Positions 1 to 13,154 of a DNA stretch of 64,000 nt are shown piece by piece. The stretch is taken from contig MU053873.1 in the NCBI GenBank assembly GCA_013239625.1, forward strand, positions 2,618,524-2,682,523, in the 5' to 3' direction. The translations under genes and the position numbers were made by a program. The notes beneath the pieces are model-generated. The model saw nothing but the letters and a program-made list of their open reading frames with translations. It was not told where the DNA came from and did not search any database. Each line of letters starts with the position of its first letter. The first letter of the stretch is position 1. The DNA comes from Lama guanicoe (taxonomy: Eukaryota).

Positions 1-711
1 GATTTTTTCCCCAGCCACTGAAAAGGTACACTCGTGGAACATGATGCCCTTTCTTGGGCATCTTGACCAGACATAAGAATTCTCTTAAGTTAAAGAGAAG
101 GTGCTTGGATGGTGGCATTTTGGGCACAGGCACAAGTGGGAGAGGACCTGAAGGGTCACTAGACCAACCACATAGTCCTGAAATTACACACCAGGCAGGG
201 TCTTGCTTCACCCACAGGTGTGTCTGACCTTCTGGGCAAGGAGGATCAGATATGGAAGGCAAGAGAAACAGATGGACTTACAGACAGAGCAGCAGGAGGG
301 AAAATAAAAAAAGCAGTGGGAGTGACCCACTCCATCCTCTTACAACAAAGGACCTCTCCAAAAAGAGTGTCAGCATCTGAATTCGATACCAGCTCTAGAA
401 GGTTATTAAGTTTGAACTTCTAATGAAGAACAGATGGGAAATGGAAAAAAAAAGAAAGATCAAAATATGCTTTCCATATTTCTTGCCTAAATGAAAGAAT
501 TGTCAGGAACCATCGACTGCCTTTTTCATGGTGTCACATCCACCCAGTGGGATTCCTGAGTCAGCAAAGGGTGTTTCCCCTCTGGATCCAGGTTTGGCTA
601 CCACAAGCAGAAAAGGCAGTGGTTTGTATGCTGTCCCTGGAGTGTGAAGGTGGTCACGCCACCAGCTCCCCGAGAGTCTGAAGGTCTATCACATGAGAGA
701 TGCAAGGCACA

Positions 712-815
712 GGCTTCAGAGGCACGTCAACCTGCATTCAAATTCTGAATCTGCCATTGTCTGCGTGACTTCAGGCAGGTTATTCAACCTCTCTGCATCT
801 CAGTTTCCTCACCCA
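712..815 (+). mobile_element. MIR SINE fragment
   Basis: ...attcaaattctgaatctgcc...gtgacttcaggcaggttattcaacctctctgcatctcagtttcctcacc matches the MIR core. Confidence 0.75.
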
Positions 816-848
816 CAAGGATCTTTAATGATTTAAATAAATTAGTGT

Positions 849-1056
849 ATATATAAAATAGATAAACGACAAGGTCCCACTGTACAGCACAGGGAACCAT
901 ATTCAGTACCTTGTAATTGCCTATAATGGAAAAGAATATGGAAAGGAATATACATGTATATATGTAAGTGAACCACGATGCTGTACACCGGAAACTAACA
1001 CAACATTGTAAACTGACTATACTTCAATAAAAAATACAATATTAAAAAATAAAAAA
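849..1056 (+). mobile_element. Artiodactyl-type L1 3' UTR, 5'-truncated, with A-rich tail
   Basis: ataaaatagataaac..aaggtcccactgtacagcacagggaac...aacacaacattgtaaactgactatacttcaataaaaaa is a typical laurasiatherian/artiodactyl L1 3' end. Confidence 0.9.
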
Positions 1057-1212
1057 TCAAATCAAATCATGTTATCGATATTCATATCAATTATGTCCTG
1101 AGTGTGACGCTTAGTATATCTATTAATAAAACTTGGGTTTTCCTCTTTTAAAAAATCAACCTAGAGGAATAGTCTTACGGTAACTACTAAAATAACACAT
1201 GACAGTTGCAGT

Positions 1213-1552
1213 AAAGATGGTACCATGTGTTCATCAAATGCTGTTCCATATTCATCCTTCCCGGACACACAGAAAACTTACCCCCTTCTGGGTAAGTGGG
1301 GTCATGTGATTGGTCCTATGCGTGGGCATAATAAGCATCACTTCCAAGCTGGCAGTTCTCTTGCCCTCTGTTAATACAGGAGGCCTTGTGTTGAAACGGG
1401 GAAACACAGATTTAAGGAGCCTGGATCACTGAGCCACCACACAGAGTACAGCTGCCCAAGGCCCAGAGTGGATTTTACAAAATGAGCTTTGCTTACGAGG
1501 CTTCCTTGAGCTCATCTGCTGATGAAGCAGCCCAGCTTATCCTGACTAATTC
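1213..1552 (+). mobile_element. MaLR LTR (MLT1-like)
   Basis: ggggtcatgtgattggtcc, ggagcctggatcactgagccaccac and 3' end cttatcctgactaattca. Confidence 0.7.
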
Positions 1553-2483
1553 AGCAGCATTGTTATTAGTGTTGTGTGGTGTCTGGAAGACCCCTATTTA
1601 AATTCAAATAGGTTACCTAGGATTGTTAACTGACTAACTGACCCACATGGAATCTGTGGATGGTTTATTCATATCCCTGTTGGGAGCAGGCGATGATATG
1701 GCAGGTTGATTTGAAGGAAAAGGGGATAGAAAGGGTTTATCACGGGGAACCATAGAGTCTGTCCAAACCCAGTGGTCTCAGAGTATCCTAGTCCTCTCAT
1801 ATCAGATACATGATGTCATCCTATCTACATCACTGCCCCTCATCCCCCACTCCATCCGTCATGCACCCACCTCTTAACCACCCAGCATCATTTCACTCTC
1901 CTGGCCACAAGCTAGCCGCTCCAACCTGATGGCAGGTTTAGCTGCTCTAGTTTTGACCTTGACACGGCCAGTACATGACACTGCATCCTAGCACCTCCAC
2001 TGTCACACTCCCACCCCTGGTGCTCTGCCTCTGTATGGACCAGTATCTCAGAAGAGGGACCTGGACACACTGGTTCAAAAAAAATTTTTTCTTTCTTGGC
2101 ATAATTGAGCCAGAAAGTCTACATCCCAAGATCATCATGTCTAGAATTAAAGAAATGCAAAATCAAAGAGCTACAGAAGTTAAGGACAGAGTGCTAAAGA
2201 ATCAAAGAAGACTAAAAACCATGGAATCATAAAAAAAAAACCCACAGAACTACAGATCCCAGCTGAGTCTAAGTGGAAATTTAACATGTTAGGCCTGCTC
2301 TACCCTCAGGCAGCTATTTGCATGAGCTGCAGTGCTCGAGGGCTGGGGGGTGGAGGAAGAGCAAGATTGTGCTTGGTTTCCAAGAGGATGGAAGACAAGG
2401 TAAGACCGTCTCTGAATCCTCTGGTTCCTAGAACCCCACCGGGAGATCTCTGCAGTCTTTCTCATGAAGCTACACTTACTTCT

Positions 2484-2843
2484 TGACCAAGAGTCTCCCC
2501 TTGAGCAAACTTGAGTCAGGGTCCTCTGAGCCCTCGTCTCAACTAGACCCTCACCTTGGCCCCCATTCTTGCTGGGCGCAGATCAGTCAGCTGTAGTAAG
2601 AATCCTGCTCAGTCACTTTAGAGAGAACCCTTCATCCTTGATATCTGTGCCCTGGCCAGCCCTCAGCAAGAATCCCCTCCACCTTCGGTGTCTTCTTTTG
2701 GCAATTTAACATTCCCACCACCACCCCAAACTGCTCCTTAGCTAAAAATCCCCACTGTTCTTTCTCGCGCCCCTATTAGAACTGTCCTGAATAAAGTCTT
2801 ACTTACCATTTTAACAAATTAGGAACTATTATTTTCTTTAACA
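2484..2843 (+). mobile_element. ERV1-class solo LTR (MER39/MER93-like)
   Basis: TG...CA termini, 4-bp TSD TTCT on both sides (2480-2483; 2844-2847), AATAAA at ~2790. Confidence 0.88.
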
Positions 2844-3069
2844 TTCTTCATCCAGCGCACTGTGATACACTGAGAGTCAAAATTCATGCACGTGGAACAC
2901 TTTTTCAAATAAAATCCAACAAGTAAAATGGACAGAGTTGCTCAGCTTGAAAGTAGGAAGTGAGCTTGAAGTCCTTCAATGCACCTCATTTTCGAACCCC
3001 TTGGCAGACCTCACATTTCTGGGGATTCCAAGCATAGCTGGGAAACCACTGGGGAGGTGGAGCGACCAA

Positions 3070-3522
3070 TGAGCCGCATGGCTGGCATCTCAGCATCATT
3101 GCTGCTCCCCTGTATCCCACAGGCTAGAAGCCTGGAAACTACATTTTCCTAACTCCCTTGCCAGCTCAGGTTCCCCCAGTGTGAAGTGTTAACGCAATAT
3201 TTAGAAAGTGGAAGAGAAGAAGAATATATTATTCTTCCACCAGCTGTGGGCAAATGCATGGACTTGGGCAGAAGGGAAACAAGGATTCTTCCAGCATCTT
3301 CTGGGTGTTCTCTGATAGACCACCCTCTTTGGTGCTTCAGGCCGCTGAGAGTATCGGTGCCAGTGCCCCGCGATCACGGCACACCCTGCTTTCCCACAGG
3401 CTGCAGCAGCTCCTCCCTGACCTCCCAACTGTTTCCTAAGCATTGAATCCCCTGTATTCAGTCTCTTCCTGCTTGAAATACCTAGAAGGGGTTCTGTTTT
3501 CCTGATGCATCCTGACTAAAAC
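3070..3522 (+). mobile_element. ERVL-class LTR remnant
   Basis: ggaaactacattttcctaactcccttgccagct...cttgaaatacctaga...tttcctgatgcatcctgactaaaaca resembles an ERVL LTR 3' end. Confidence 0.65.
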
Positions 3523-3524
3523 AG

Positions 3525-3690
3525 ATGGAAGGAAGGAAGGACAGAGGGAGGGAAGGAAGGAGGGAGAGAAGGAAGGAAGGAAGGAAGGGAGGGAAGGAGG
3601 GAAGGAGGGAAGGAAGGAAGGAAGGGAGGGAGGGAGGGAGGGAAGGAGGAAGGAAAAAGAAACAAAGAAAAGAGAGAGGGAGGGGAGGAA
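3525..3690 (+). repeat. Polypurine (GGAA/GGGA)n low-complexity tract
   Basis: Seen directly. Confidence 0.95.
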
Positions 3691-6039
3691 AATTATTCCC
3701 CACTTTGTTTTCAGTTAAAACACTAAACATGGAGAGAGAGAGAGACTGAGAGAATGAAGGTCATCTTTCCTGCCCCCTGTTTAAACAAATCTCAAGTCTT
3801 TCAGCTTTTCATCTATGACCTCTCATTTCTGATCTGTAAAACGGGTGCATAGGTATTACCTTCCTTGCTTTGTTAAAGACCTCCAACTGTGACCTTCAAC
3901 CGTGACCTTGCCACTTGCGAGCTGTGGCGCTCTGGGCAAGGCTGCTCGCTTCTCTGAGCTCCAGTCTCCTCACCTGTAGGATAGATGTCAAGCTCCTTCC
4001 CCGTTACCTCGCCTCCTCACTGTGGAAAGTACTCAGGCACAGCGGAGGTGGAAGGTCTGTGCTGCTGTGAGTGATGCTTTTGCCGGGATTCTGGCTGTGC
4101 CTCCTCTGAGGACTCGAGCTACTTCCAAAGCACCCCCTCAAGCTTCATCACCGTTTTATCCTCTTAATAGCCCTCTAAGGTAGCCATCACGGCCTGCATG
4201 CCTGCAACTCAATCTGGGCTCCGGTCTCAGCATCGTCACCCCCTCAGTAGGCAACTAAGCTCCCTGCTGAGCCTCAGTTTTCCTCATCTGTAAAATGGGG
4301 CCAATCATCTCCCCCTGGCAGAATCACTGCAACGGGTTTGCGGGCACATACTAGGTGGTCGTGTTCTCTCTTCCTGGTCTTTGGGGGCGGGCCAAGGTTA
4401 CAGAGCACTTTACTGGGGTATCTGGGTCTTGAACCCAAAGTCCCCAAGGCCCAGTCTCATGCTCTCTGACCACTGAAGAAGGTATTGCTCTGCATTTCTG
4501 CCGAGTGTCCCAGGGAAATACCTCCACTGTAATTCCTTGGGTTTGAGGCAAATATTAAAGTTGCTGACAGCCTGCCTGTAGTCGTGACGATTTGTAATAT
4601 TGATGAATCAGGAGCCGGGCCTGGCGCGGGCTGTGGGTTCAAGTGCCCAGAACATTCATGTGCTCTGTGGCCACGCCCTGACCACACCATTTCCCTTTAC
4701 AGTGTGCTTATTCTATTGCACGTCACTTGTTCCAACGTGAACGTCCAATGCCTCCCACACATCCCAGCCTGGGCAGACAGCTCTCCTGCCTAGAACTAGA
4801 TTTCAGGCCCCAGTGAGGACGGTGGGGCTGCCACAGGTGCACAGGGACATCAGGGGACAAATAAAGGACTGGCACGCCCACCAACATCTAGAAGGAGACA
4901 GCCTTCACTCTCCAGGCAGAGGTGAGCATCTTCTAGTTCAAGCCAATTGAACAAAGCAACATTTTGCTAACCCCTACCCACAAGACCTGACCTGGACATT
5001 TTGGGAACCAGGGACATCTTTCTCAATAAATAGCTTCTCCCCAGAGCGACACAGCCGACTCGTCCTTGCGCCCTTGGAAAAGCTTGTCTGTTAGATGATC
5101 TGAGTTGCCGGGTGCTTTTCTGGTTAAACATTTATACTGCAGCTTTTGTGAATAAATAGATCCATACATGTGTCTGCATGATTAGGATTAAATATTAAGA
5201 AGATGCACAGGCAGGGAACTGGTCGGCTTGAATGAGATGAAACTTGGGAGGCGCAAATGTCAGATCTGAGTGGGGCTGAAGGGGCTGTGATTAAGAGCAT
5301 GGAGGCTGACCTGTGGCTGGCCGGGTCCTGGGATGCCCAGGTGGAAAGCAGCCCTAATGTGGCTGAATCTTTTCTCTTGTCTCCTTCTTTTCATCTCTTT
5401 CCTCCTTCTCCTTAATCCCAGGCAAAGCTGGCATCGGTGGCCTTCCCTTCCAGCGCTTGCTGCCCCACTCCAAATCTGACTGCATTTTACAATTTTATTC
5501 GATTAGGTTTTACGAGCTGACTTGCTCGACGTGGCGCAAGTTGCCGGATGTGTCAGAGGCCTGGCAGAGACTTGAATTGAAATGATTCTAATTACATGTG
5601 ATAATTTTTGCATTCTAACATAAACCAATGTTACCCCCCAAAAAAAAAATCCCATTACAATGGTTAAAAGACAAATCATTTAGCAAGTCTCTTTCTTTAT
5701 TACTTTACGAGACAATTTACAAGGCAACATTTTGAACGCTGGGATCGGGTGATGGCCCAAGGCTATCCAACTGTAAGTTGCACTAAGAAAAAGGGAGTTC
5801 ATCTCTTGTCATTAGTCAGAAAGTCAAATGCAATCAAGGGGACTCCATTTGGCTTGTCAAATTAGCCACTGTTTCAAGTCATTAGCATGGCAGAGCATCG
5901 CAGACAAGGAGAGGAGGCCCCTAGCTCCGGAAAGAAGCAGTCAGCTGCCACCCATGACGTTTGAGATCACCTCCTCCAAGCAGCCTCCAAAGATCCCAGA
6001 TCCCTTCCCTGCGGCGCCCCTGCTGGAGGAAGGAGTCCA

Positions 6040-6563
6040 GTGCCCTGTAACATTCCAAGCAGCCTTGGTCATGTGACTTGTTCTGGCCAATGAAAAGAGA
6101 GCAGAAGTGTTCCGTGTCACACAGGAGCAGAATCCTTAAGAGACAAAGCATGCTTCTCTGAATCTCTGAATCTCTTTTTTTCTCCACCTTCAGACCAGCA
6201 ATGTGCTAGAGAGAGGCTGCTCCAGTGACCAGAGTTGCAGGTAAAAACCATCCGAAGCAGGGCAGCAGCCAACGTGGAATGCGGAAGTCCACCCTCTCCC
6301 GCCCTTGGGCATCAGTATTCCTGGGTCTCAGGCCTTTGGACTTGGACCAGAATTTACACCATTGGCTCCCCCAGTTCTCAGACCTTTGGGTTTGGACTGG
6401 AACCATGCTGCCAGCTTTCCTGGGCCTCTACCTTTTAGACAGCAGATCGTAGGACTTAGCCTCCATAATCATGTGATCTAATCCTTCTTAATAAATCCCC
6501 CCCCCCATATATATCTCTATCTCCCATTGGCTCTCTTTCTCTGGAGAACCCTGACTAATATAC
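6040..6563 (+). mobile_element. MLT1 fragment (~6040-6240) followed by MLT2 LTR 3' part (~6290-6563)
   Basis: ggtcatgtgacttgttctggccaatg (MLT1); cttagcctccataatcatgtga...ctctggagaaccctgactaatataca (MLT2 terminus). Confidence 0.8.
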
Positions 6564-6599
6564 AGGCTCTGCTGATGACTGTCTATGTTCCCTCGGGAA

Positions 6600-6990
6600 A
6601 GTGTCACAGGCTGTCCCCAGCCAGCAGAATTTAGCAGGCAGGATGTTCAGTGGAAAGTGCTCTTGGGATCAGAACTCATGGAAGAGGGGAGAAGGATGCA
6701 GGCTGGGGAAGAGGAAGAAGCTGAGCTGTGATGATCATCCAACAAAGGTCTCAGTAGACCCCACAGGGAGCTCTGGAGCTGGGATGGTCCTTCAGAGCTG
6801 TCTCGATCTGGGACAAGGGGGTCACACCTTCATCTTCCTGCATGTGTCAGTCATTGGATGCTGGCTGCCCCCAAAAGGGAGTGACTTTGTCTGAGTCAGC
6901 CCCTAAAGAAGGCACCACTTCTGGAGTGAAGGAATAAATAATCCTTCCTTCCCAAAAGTGGATCTGGGCAGTGCACCCAGCATCCAATAC
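6600..6990 (-). mobile_element. ERVL LTR (LTR16-like) remnant
   Basis: cccacagggagctctggagctgggatggtccttcagagctgtc...cagtcattggatgctggctgcccc. Confidence 0.6.
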
Positions 6991-7339
6991 GGCAAGTTAC
7001 TTAAAGAGTCTGAACCTCGACCCTCAGCTGCAAAATGGGACAAGCAGTACATATAGATTGCTAATATGATGTAGATAGCTGGTTGATACTTAAGATATGC
7101 CAGGCCCCAAGTTAAGAGCTTTATATACACATCAGCTTATAGGGATGTTTGAGGACTGAATTAGTTAAAACATGTAAATGCTTAGAATAGTGTCTGGTGC
7201 ACAGCAAATGATATATTGTAGTAACTATTAATACAAAATACCACACATGTGCACACTGGTAGCCATCTCTTCACTGACCTCGTGGGAACCAGGAGGAGCT
7301 CTCAAAAAGGCCAATATTGCTAGGTTATTCCTCAGCTCT

Positions 7340-7885
7340 GAACCCCTCCATAGATCCCTCTTACCTTGTAGATAAAGTCCAAGCTCCTTCCCATAACTTC
7401 AAAGGCTTTTGCTAACCTCTTCCCCTCTACTCTGCATACTTCTCCAGCCTCATGGCCAAGTGCATGGAATGGCTTGCTATAAAACCTTATACTTCTGAGC
7501 CTTTGCATATGCCATTCCACCTGGAATGACCCCCTATTCCCCTCACCTACATGGTGAATTCCAACTTCTTTCTCGAGACTCAGCTCAGGCATCACCTCCT
7601 TCAGGAAGACTTCCCGCCCCCGAGGCTGGTCAGACACTCCCCCCTAGCGCCCCCAGCACCTCCTGGGCTTGCTCCAATCAGGCCACCTGGATTCTGATTA
7701 CTCACGTGTGAGACTGTGTACCCCACTGCACACTGAGTTCCATGAGGCTGAGGCAGCATATGTTTGGATTCTGAAAGAACTTCCCCCTCAAAAAAAACCT
7801 CTCAATTCCCACCCCTCATCTAGGGGGAAGGGGAGCCTAGCACACAGTAGGTGCTCAGGAAACACTCCCCAGATGAATGAATCTT
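7340..7885 (+). mobile_element. L2 3' fragments
   Basis: gcctttgcatatgccattccacctggaatg, ctcagctcaggcatcacctccttcaggaag, agcacacagtaggtgctcag...atgaatgaat. Confidence 0.75.
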
Positions 7886-8612
7886 CAGCCCAGCCCTTTC
7901 TAGAATAACCAAGGGAACTAGGAATCATTTCTCCACGTCTCAATGGAACCTACCTGGAAATTCAATTAAAATCCCTGAAAATTGGCTACAAATTGACTAA
8001 CCCCTAGAGATGCAGATGAGCGAAGCCAGGCAAGCGGCTTCCATGGTCATGGGTAATGGCTGCTGGGTTTTGAATAAGTATGTTCATAACTTGCAGACTG
8101 GGCCCCGTGCTCCCAAGACATGGGAGCACAAAGATCTGCCTTCCTACGTCACTCCTGGCCCTTGCTGTCTGCGTGACCCTCGGAGACCCACTTCCCGACT
8201 CAGAACCTCAGAGTCTTCTGCTATTAACAGGAGGCCTGGAGATGAACTGAGCTCTAACGCACAGACTTCCTGCTCCAAACAAACAAAACAAACAAGCATG
8301 GTTTCTACAGCTCTTTAGCTCATCAAGTCTGAGAGTCCTGTTTCTCCCTGAGAACGTCTTGGTGGTTCAGCTTCTAACTCCTGCACCTGGCACTCAACGC
8401 CCGCACCCATCAGCCCCACCTTCCTCTCTTGGCCCCTCTCCTGGTGCGCCCCCTGCAGGCCCAGAGACACAGCTCACCTCCACCCACACCCCGGCGATGG
8501 TCTCCACTTCTAGATAGAGTTTCTCCCTCCCTCATGCTCTGAGCACCATGTGCCAGGTATACAGCTGGTGCTCAAAAAACCCTGCATGATGCTTGTTTTT
8601 CATTATAGGCCA

Positions 8613-8880
8613 AGTATGGGTTGAAATGTGTCCCCTCAAAATATACTGAAGTCCTAACCCTTGGTACCTGGGAATGGGACCTTATTTGGAAATCAGGTCT
8701 TTGCAGGTGATCGAGGGAAGATGAGGTCGTTGGGGTGGAGCCTAACCCAGTATAACTGTATCCTTATCAAAGGTGAAATCTGGACAGACGTGCATAGAGG
8801 GAAGACGATGTGAAGACACAAAGAGAAGGCCATCTCCCAGCCGAGGGATGCTCAAGGCCACCAGAAGCTGGGGGAGAGCA
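8613..8880 (+). mobile_element. MLT1B/C-like MaLR LTR 5' part
   Basis: tatgggttgaaatgtgtcccctcaaa...gaccttatttggaaatcaggtctttgcag. Confidence 0.8.
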
Positions 8881-9032
8881 ATGGGCCTCGTATCCTTGTG
8901 CAGATGACACCAACATCCCCCTGGGCCATGGTGGAGGGGCGGAAGGAACACTGGACCCAGGTTCCAGGCCTGGCTCTGCATGGACTGTGTGTCCCTGAGC
9001 AAGTCACTTCCCCCTCTGAGCCTCAGTGTCTC

Positions 9033-9374
9033 TGCTACAGACTGAACGTTTGTATGTTCATGTCCTCCCAAACTCGTAAGTTGAATCCCCAGTGTGATGG
9101 TATTTGGAGGTGAGGCCTTTGAGAGGTGATTGGGTCATGGAGCCCCCATGAATGGGATTAGTGTCCTTACAAGACAAGATGTGAGAGAAATGATCACTCT
9201 CTGCGCCACGTGAGGACACAGGGCAGCCGTCTACCAGCCAGGAAGTGGACCCTCATCAAACACCAAATCTACCTTGACCTGGGACTTCCCAGCCTCTGGA
9301 ACTGTGACAAATACGTGTCTGCTGTTTAAGCCACCTCGCCCGTGGTATTTGTTATAACAGCCCAAACTAAGACA
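9033..9374 (+). mobile_element. MLT1A-like solo LTR inserted into a MIR
   Basis: Starts tgctacagactgaacgtttg and ends ttgttataacagcccaaactaagaca; it splits MIR cctcagtgtctc / ctcaccatccataaaatggg. Confidence 0.85.
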
Positions 9375-11339
9375 CTCACCATCCATAAAATGGGCCAGGT
9401 GCACCACAGAATTTCCAAAGGCCCTTCCTGTTCTAAGACTGGGCACTTCTACTGTATGAGCACCTACTGTATACAAGCACTTGGCTAGATACTGCAGGAG
9501 GAGGAGGAGGATCAAGCACTCATCTACCCATTCAATGTTCTCCCGAGGGCTCACCTATTACCAGGCGCTATGCAGGTGCAGGGAGAGGATGCTGACCAAG
9601 ACAGACGCCGCCCCCATCCCGGTGGCGCTCAGTCTAGAGTTTCACAGACGTGCAGCCGGCCTTTGCATCACCAAATGGCGGAGGGGCAGGCAGGGGTGAG
9701 CTCACGGCGAGCCCCTGTGGGAGCCAGACAGCATCAGGGGGACCTCCGTGCACGAGTGGGCTAGCAGCCCCTGGGGGGCTAAGTGCTTGCTTGTGAGGCT
9801 GGCTCTGCGATTATCAAAACAGAAACACGTCCGGTTCCCCCAGTGGAGTGGACATAGGCCTGTCCGCCTGACTAACAATCTGTCTGTCTGGAGGGGCGGG
9901 TGAGGCTGAGCCCCCACCATGGGTGCCCCTGGGTTTAGCACTGGAGGCCCGGCCGGCTGGCCAGGCAGAGCAATTCGCTGCTGCGTGGGTCAGCAGAGCC
10001 GTGACCAGAGGTCTTCTCATCTCTGGCGGCTCTGCAGTCGGTAATTGCCCTGCCACCTGCGGCCTCTGAGCCGGAATCAATTTTATCCACTCCATCTGCC
10101 AGTAGACAGCGCCCTCCATTTCCTGCTGCCCTGAAAATACCAGCTCAGGCTTGTGCCTGGGGGCCTAGAGATGGGGGAAAGGTCTGGCCACCACCCCCAC
10201 ATCACCCCAGCCACGAGTCTCCACTCTTTTTCTGTTGCAAAACTCAGGGTTTTTGCATAATCTGGGTTATTGATCATCACAGTAAACAGTCATAATGACC
10301 AGTGCTCACTGAGGACTAAGTCCACAGTCAGCTCATACAAGGCTCAGCTTTCATTCCATCCTCACGGCAACCCTAGAGGCAGAACAAGTATTCCCACTGA
10401 ACCGACGAAGAGACAGAGGTTCAGAGAGTCAATGTTGTCGCTGGATTTCAGCCCAGATCTGTGTGGCTCCAAAGCCTCTTGTCCTAATGGGGAGCAGGGG
10501 AAGTGCACGGTGGGCAGGGGTCTTCCCAAGGTCCTGACTCCACAAGAAGTGGGCCGTGCACCAGGCTGATGCCTGAAGATCCTCGGGCCCGGAGGCGAGA
10601 AGCCCTTCTTCGAGTTGCTTTTCAAGATGGGGCTGTGTGACCTCCATCAAGTGGCTTCACCTCTCTGAGCCTCAGCTACAGGAGCTGGGGCAGCCCCAGG
10701 GGAGGCCATGTCTCAAGTGGAGCCTGACAGTCTTATGGTTCCTTCTGATCTGCTTCGCTGCCCTCGCTGTATTCAGGAGGACAAAAGGAAACTCTGCTTT
10801 GTGCTCAGGGTCCAGAGAAGAGTTCACTGGGACAGAGGCTCAGGGACTCCCGGCCGTGTGCCCTGATGCTCTGCATCTGAGGGCAGAAGCAGGTGCTGTG
10901 TGTCTCCGAGTGCAGAGCTCTGCACCGGGCTGGGGTGCGGCAAGTGGGGGCTCTCCGTGCCAAACCCAAAGGCCATCGTCATCCCAGCTATGTCTGTTAA
11001 GCACCTTCCATGTGCTTGTCCACCCTTCTTTAATCTCATAGCAACCTCCAAGGTAGGTGTGATTGTCTCCATGGTACACATGAGTAAACTGAGGTTCACA
11101 GGCATTGAAGGACCTGCCCAAGTCACCAAAGGAAGTGATGGCCTGGCTAGGATTGGAATTCAAATCTGCTTCATTCCAGGGTCATTATTCTCCACAGCTC
11201 TGCACCTGCACCAGCTTAAGACGACCACCAAATCCTGACCAGCTCTTTCCCCAATCCCCGTGGAAGGTCAAAGGCCCCTCCCTCGGAGCAGCGAAAAGAG
11301 CACCAAGTTCAGAGTCACACAGAGCTGGCTCTTGGTCTT

Positions 11340-12426
11340 AATTATCAACACTAAAAGCACAAGCGACAAAAGGAAAAACAGAGACGCTGGACTTCCACCA
11401 AGATTTAAAACCTCTGTGCTGCAAACAACATCAGAAAGAAACCAGAAAGACAACCCACAAAACGGGAGACAATATCTGCAAATCATATATGAGATAAGGC
11501 GTTTGTATCCAGAATATATAAAGAATTCCAACAACTCAATAATAGACAACCTGGTTTTTTTTAAACGGGCAAAGGATCTGAAGAGATATTTCTCCAAAGA
11601 AGATACACAAATGGCTAATAAGCACATGAAAAGATGATGACATCATCAGTCATCAGGGAAATGCAAATCAAAACCACGAGATACCACTTCACACCCAGTA
11701 AGAGGACGGGAATCAAAAAGGCAGATAGTCCCAAAGCTTGGCTAGAAAGTGAAAAAAAAAATCAAAACTCTCATATACTGTGGGCAGGAATGTAAAATGA
11801 CGCAGCCACTTTGAAAACTGTCTACCAGTTCCTCAAATGATTAAATACAATGTTCCCCTGTGACCCAGCAACCTCACTCCTACGTATTTTCCCAGAGGAA
11901 CTGAAAACATATATCCACACGAAAATGCCACAGATGGTCACAGCAGCACTATTCACAATAGTCCAAAAGAGGAAACAACCCAAACGCCCATCAACAGACG
12001 AATGGATAAACAAAATGTACGTCCACACGATGGAATATTATTCAGCCATAAAAAAGAATGAAGTACTTACACATGCCACAACGGGGATGTGCTTTGAAAA
12101 CACTATGCTAAGTGAAATAATCCAGTTACAAAAGGTCACATGTTGTAGGGTTCCATTTAAATGAAGTGTCCAGAATAGGCAAGTCTAGAGAGACAGAAGG
12201 TAGATTAGTGATTACCAGGAGCTCAGGAGACAGGGGAATGGTGAGTGACTGCTAACAGGTAGGGGGTTTCTTTGGAAGGGGGCATAATGAAAATGTTCTA
12301 ATACTGGATTGTGATGACAGTTGCACAACTCTGTGAATAGACTAAAAACCACTGACACGTACACTCTGAATGCGTGAATTTTACAGCATGTAAGTTATAT
12401 CTCAATAAAGCTATAAGGAAAAAAAT
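11340..12426 (+). mobile_element. Old L1 (L1M/L1MB-like): ORF2 C-terminus and 3' UTR, decayed
   Basis: ORF-track peptides KDLKRYFSKEDTQMANKHMKR and AALFTIVQKRKQPKRPSTDEWINKMYVHTMEYYSAIKKNE match the L1 ORF2 C-terminus; ends ttatatctcaataaagct plus A tail. Confidence 0.93.
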
Positions 12427-13154
12427 TCCATCTTCAGCAAACCCCAGAGCTCCGTGACCTCAGCGTAAAGACTTCCCAGCTCCAAGCCTCGGTTTCCTCT
12501 TCTGTGAAATGGGATAATAACCCACAGTACCTTACATGAAAATCAAGGAGAGAGTGGCTGGGGTCCAGCACACAGTAGGTGCTCACCCTGCAGGTGGTTC
12601 CTCCCCGAGTGGGAGGCAACTGGGGTCTCCCAGACAGAGGTGCACTGCATGAGGTCCAGCCTGGACTGGGCGGCGGGACTCTGGACAGAGGAGGATGCTC
12701 ATTGCCCGTGACATAATTTAGATGGATGGCTCGGGCCATCCGTCAGGCTGGGAGCGGGCGGCCCAGGAAGAAGCCGTGGGGGAGCCCATTACGGTACACG
12801 TGTTAACAGCGCATCCTTTGTACCAACAGCCGCGCGGCGCGGGCAAGGGCCGCTCCCCGCATTGTCTGGGCGCTGCGGCCCTGCCGTGATGAATGGGCTG
12901 CCCGTGCCCAGGTACCACAGGCTGAGGGTGACACTGCGTGGCGGCGCTGGGAACTGCAGGCCACCTGGCCCAGAGCAGAGGTCGCTGAGAGCAGCAAGGC
13001 TGCCTTCATTCAGTGCTCAAGAGATATCGTATGTAAAGTACTTAGCACAGAACCTGGCACATAGCAGGTCCTCAAGAAATACAGATGACAATCAGCATCA
13101 TCTTTATTTTCAGGGGAAAAATACAGGCGCAGCCAAGTTCAAAACCTGGGTCGA

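Noticed and set aside
11260..12164. ORFs with real protein similarity
   Set aside because: Broken L1 ORF2 C-terminal fragments, not host genes
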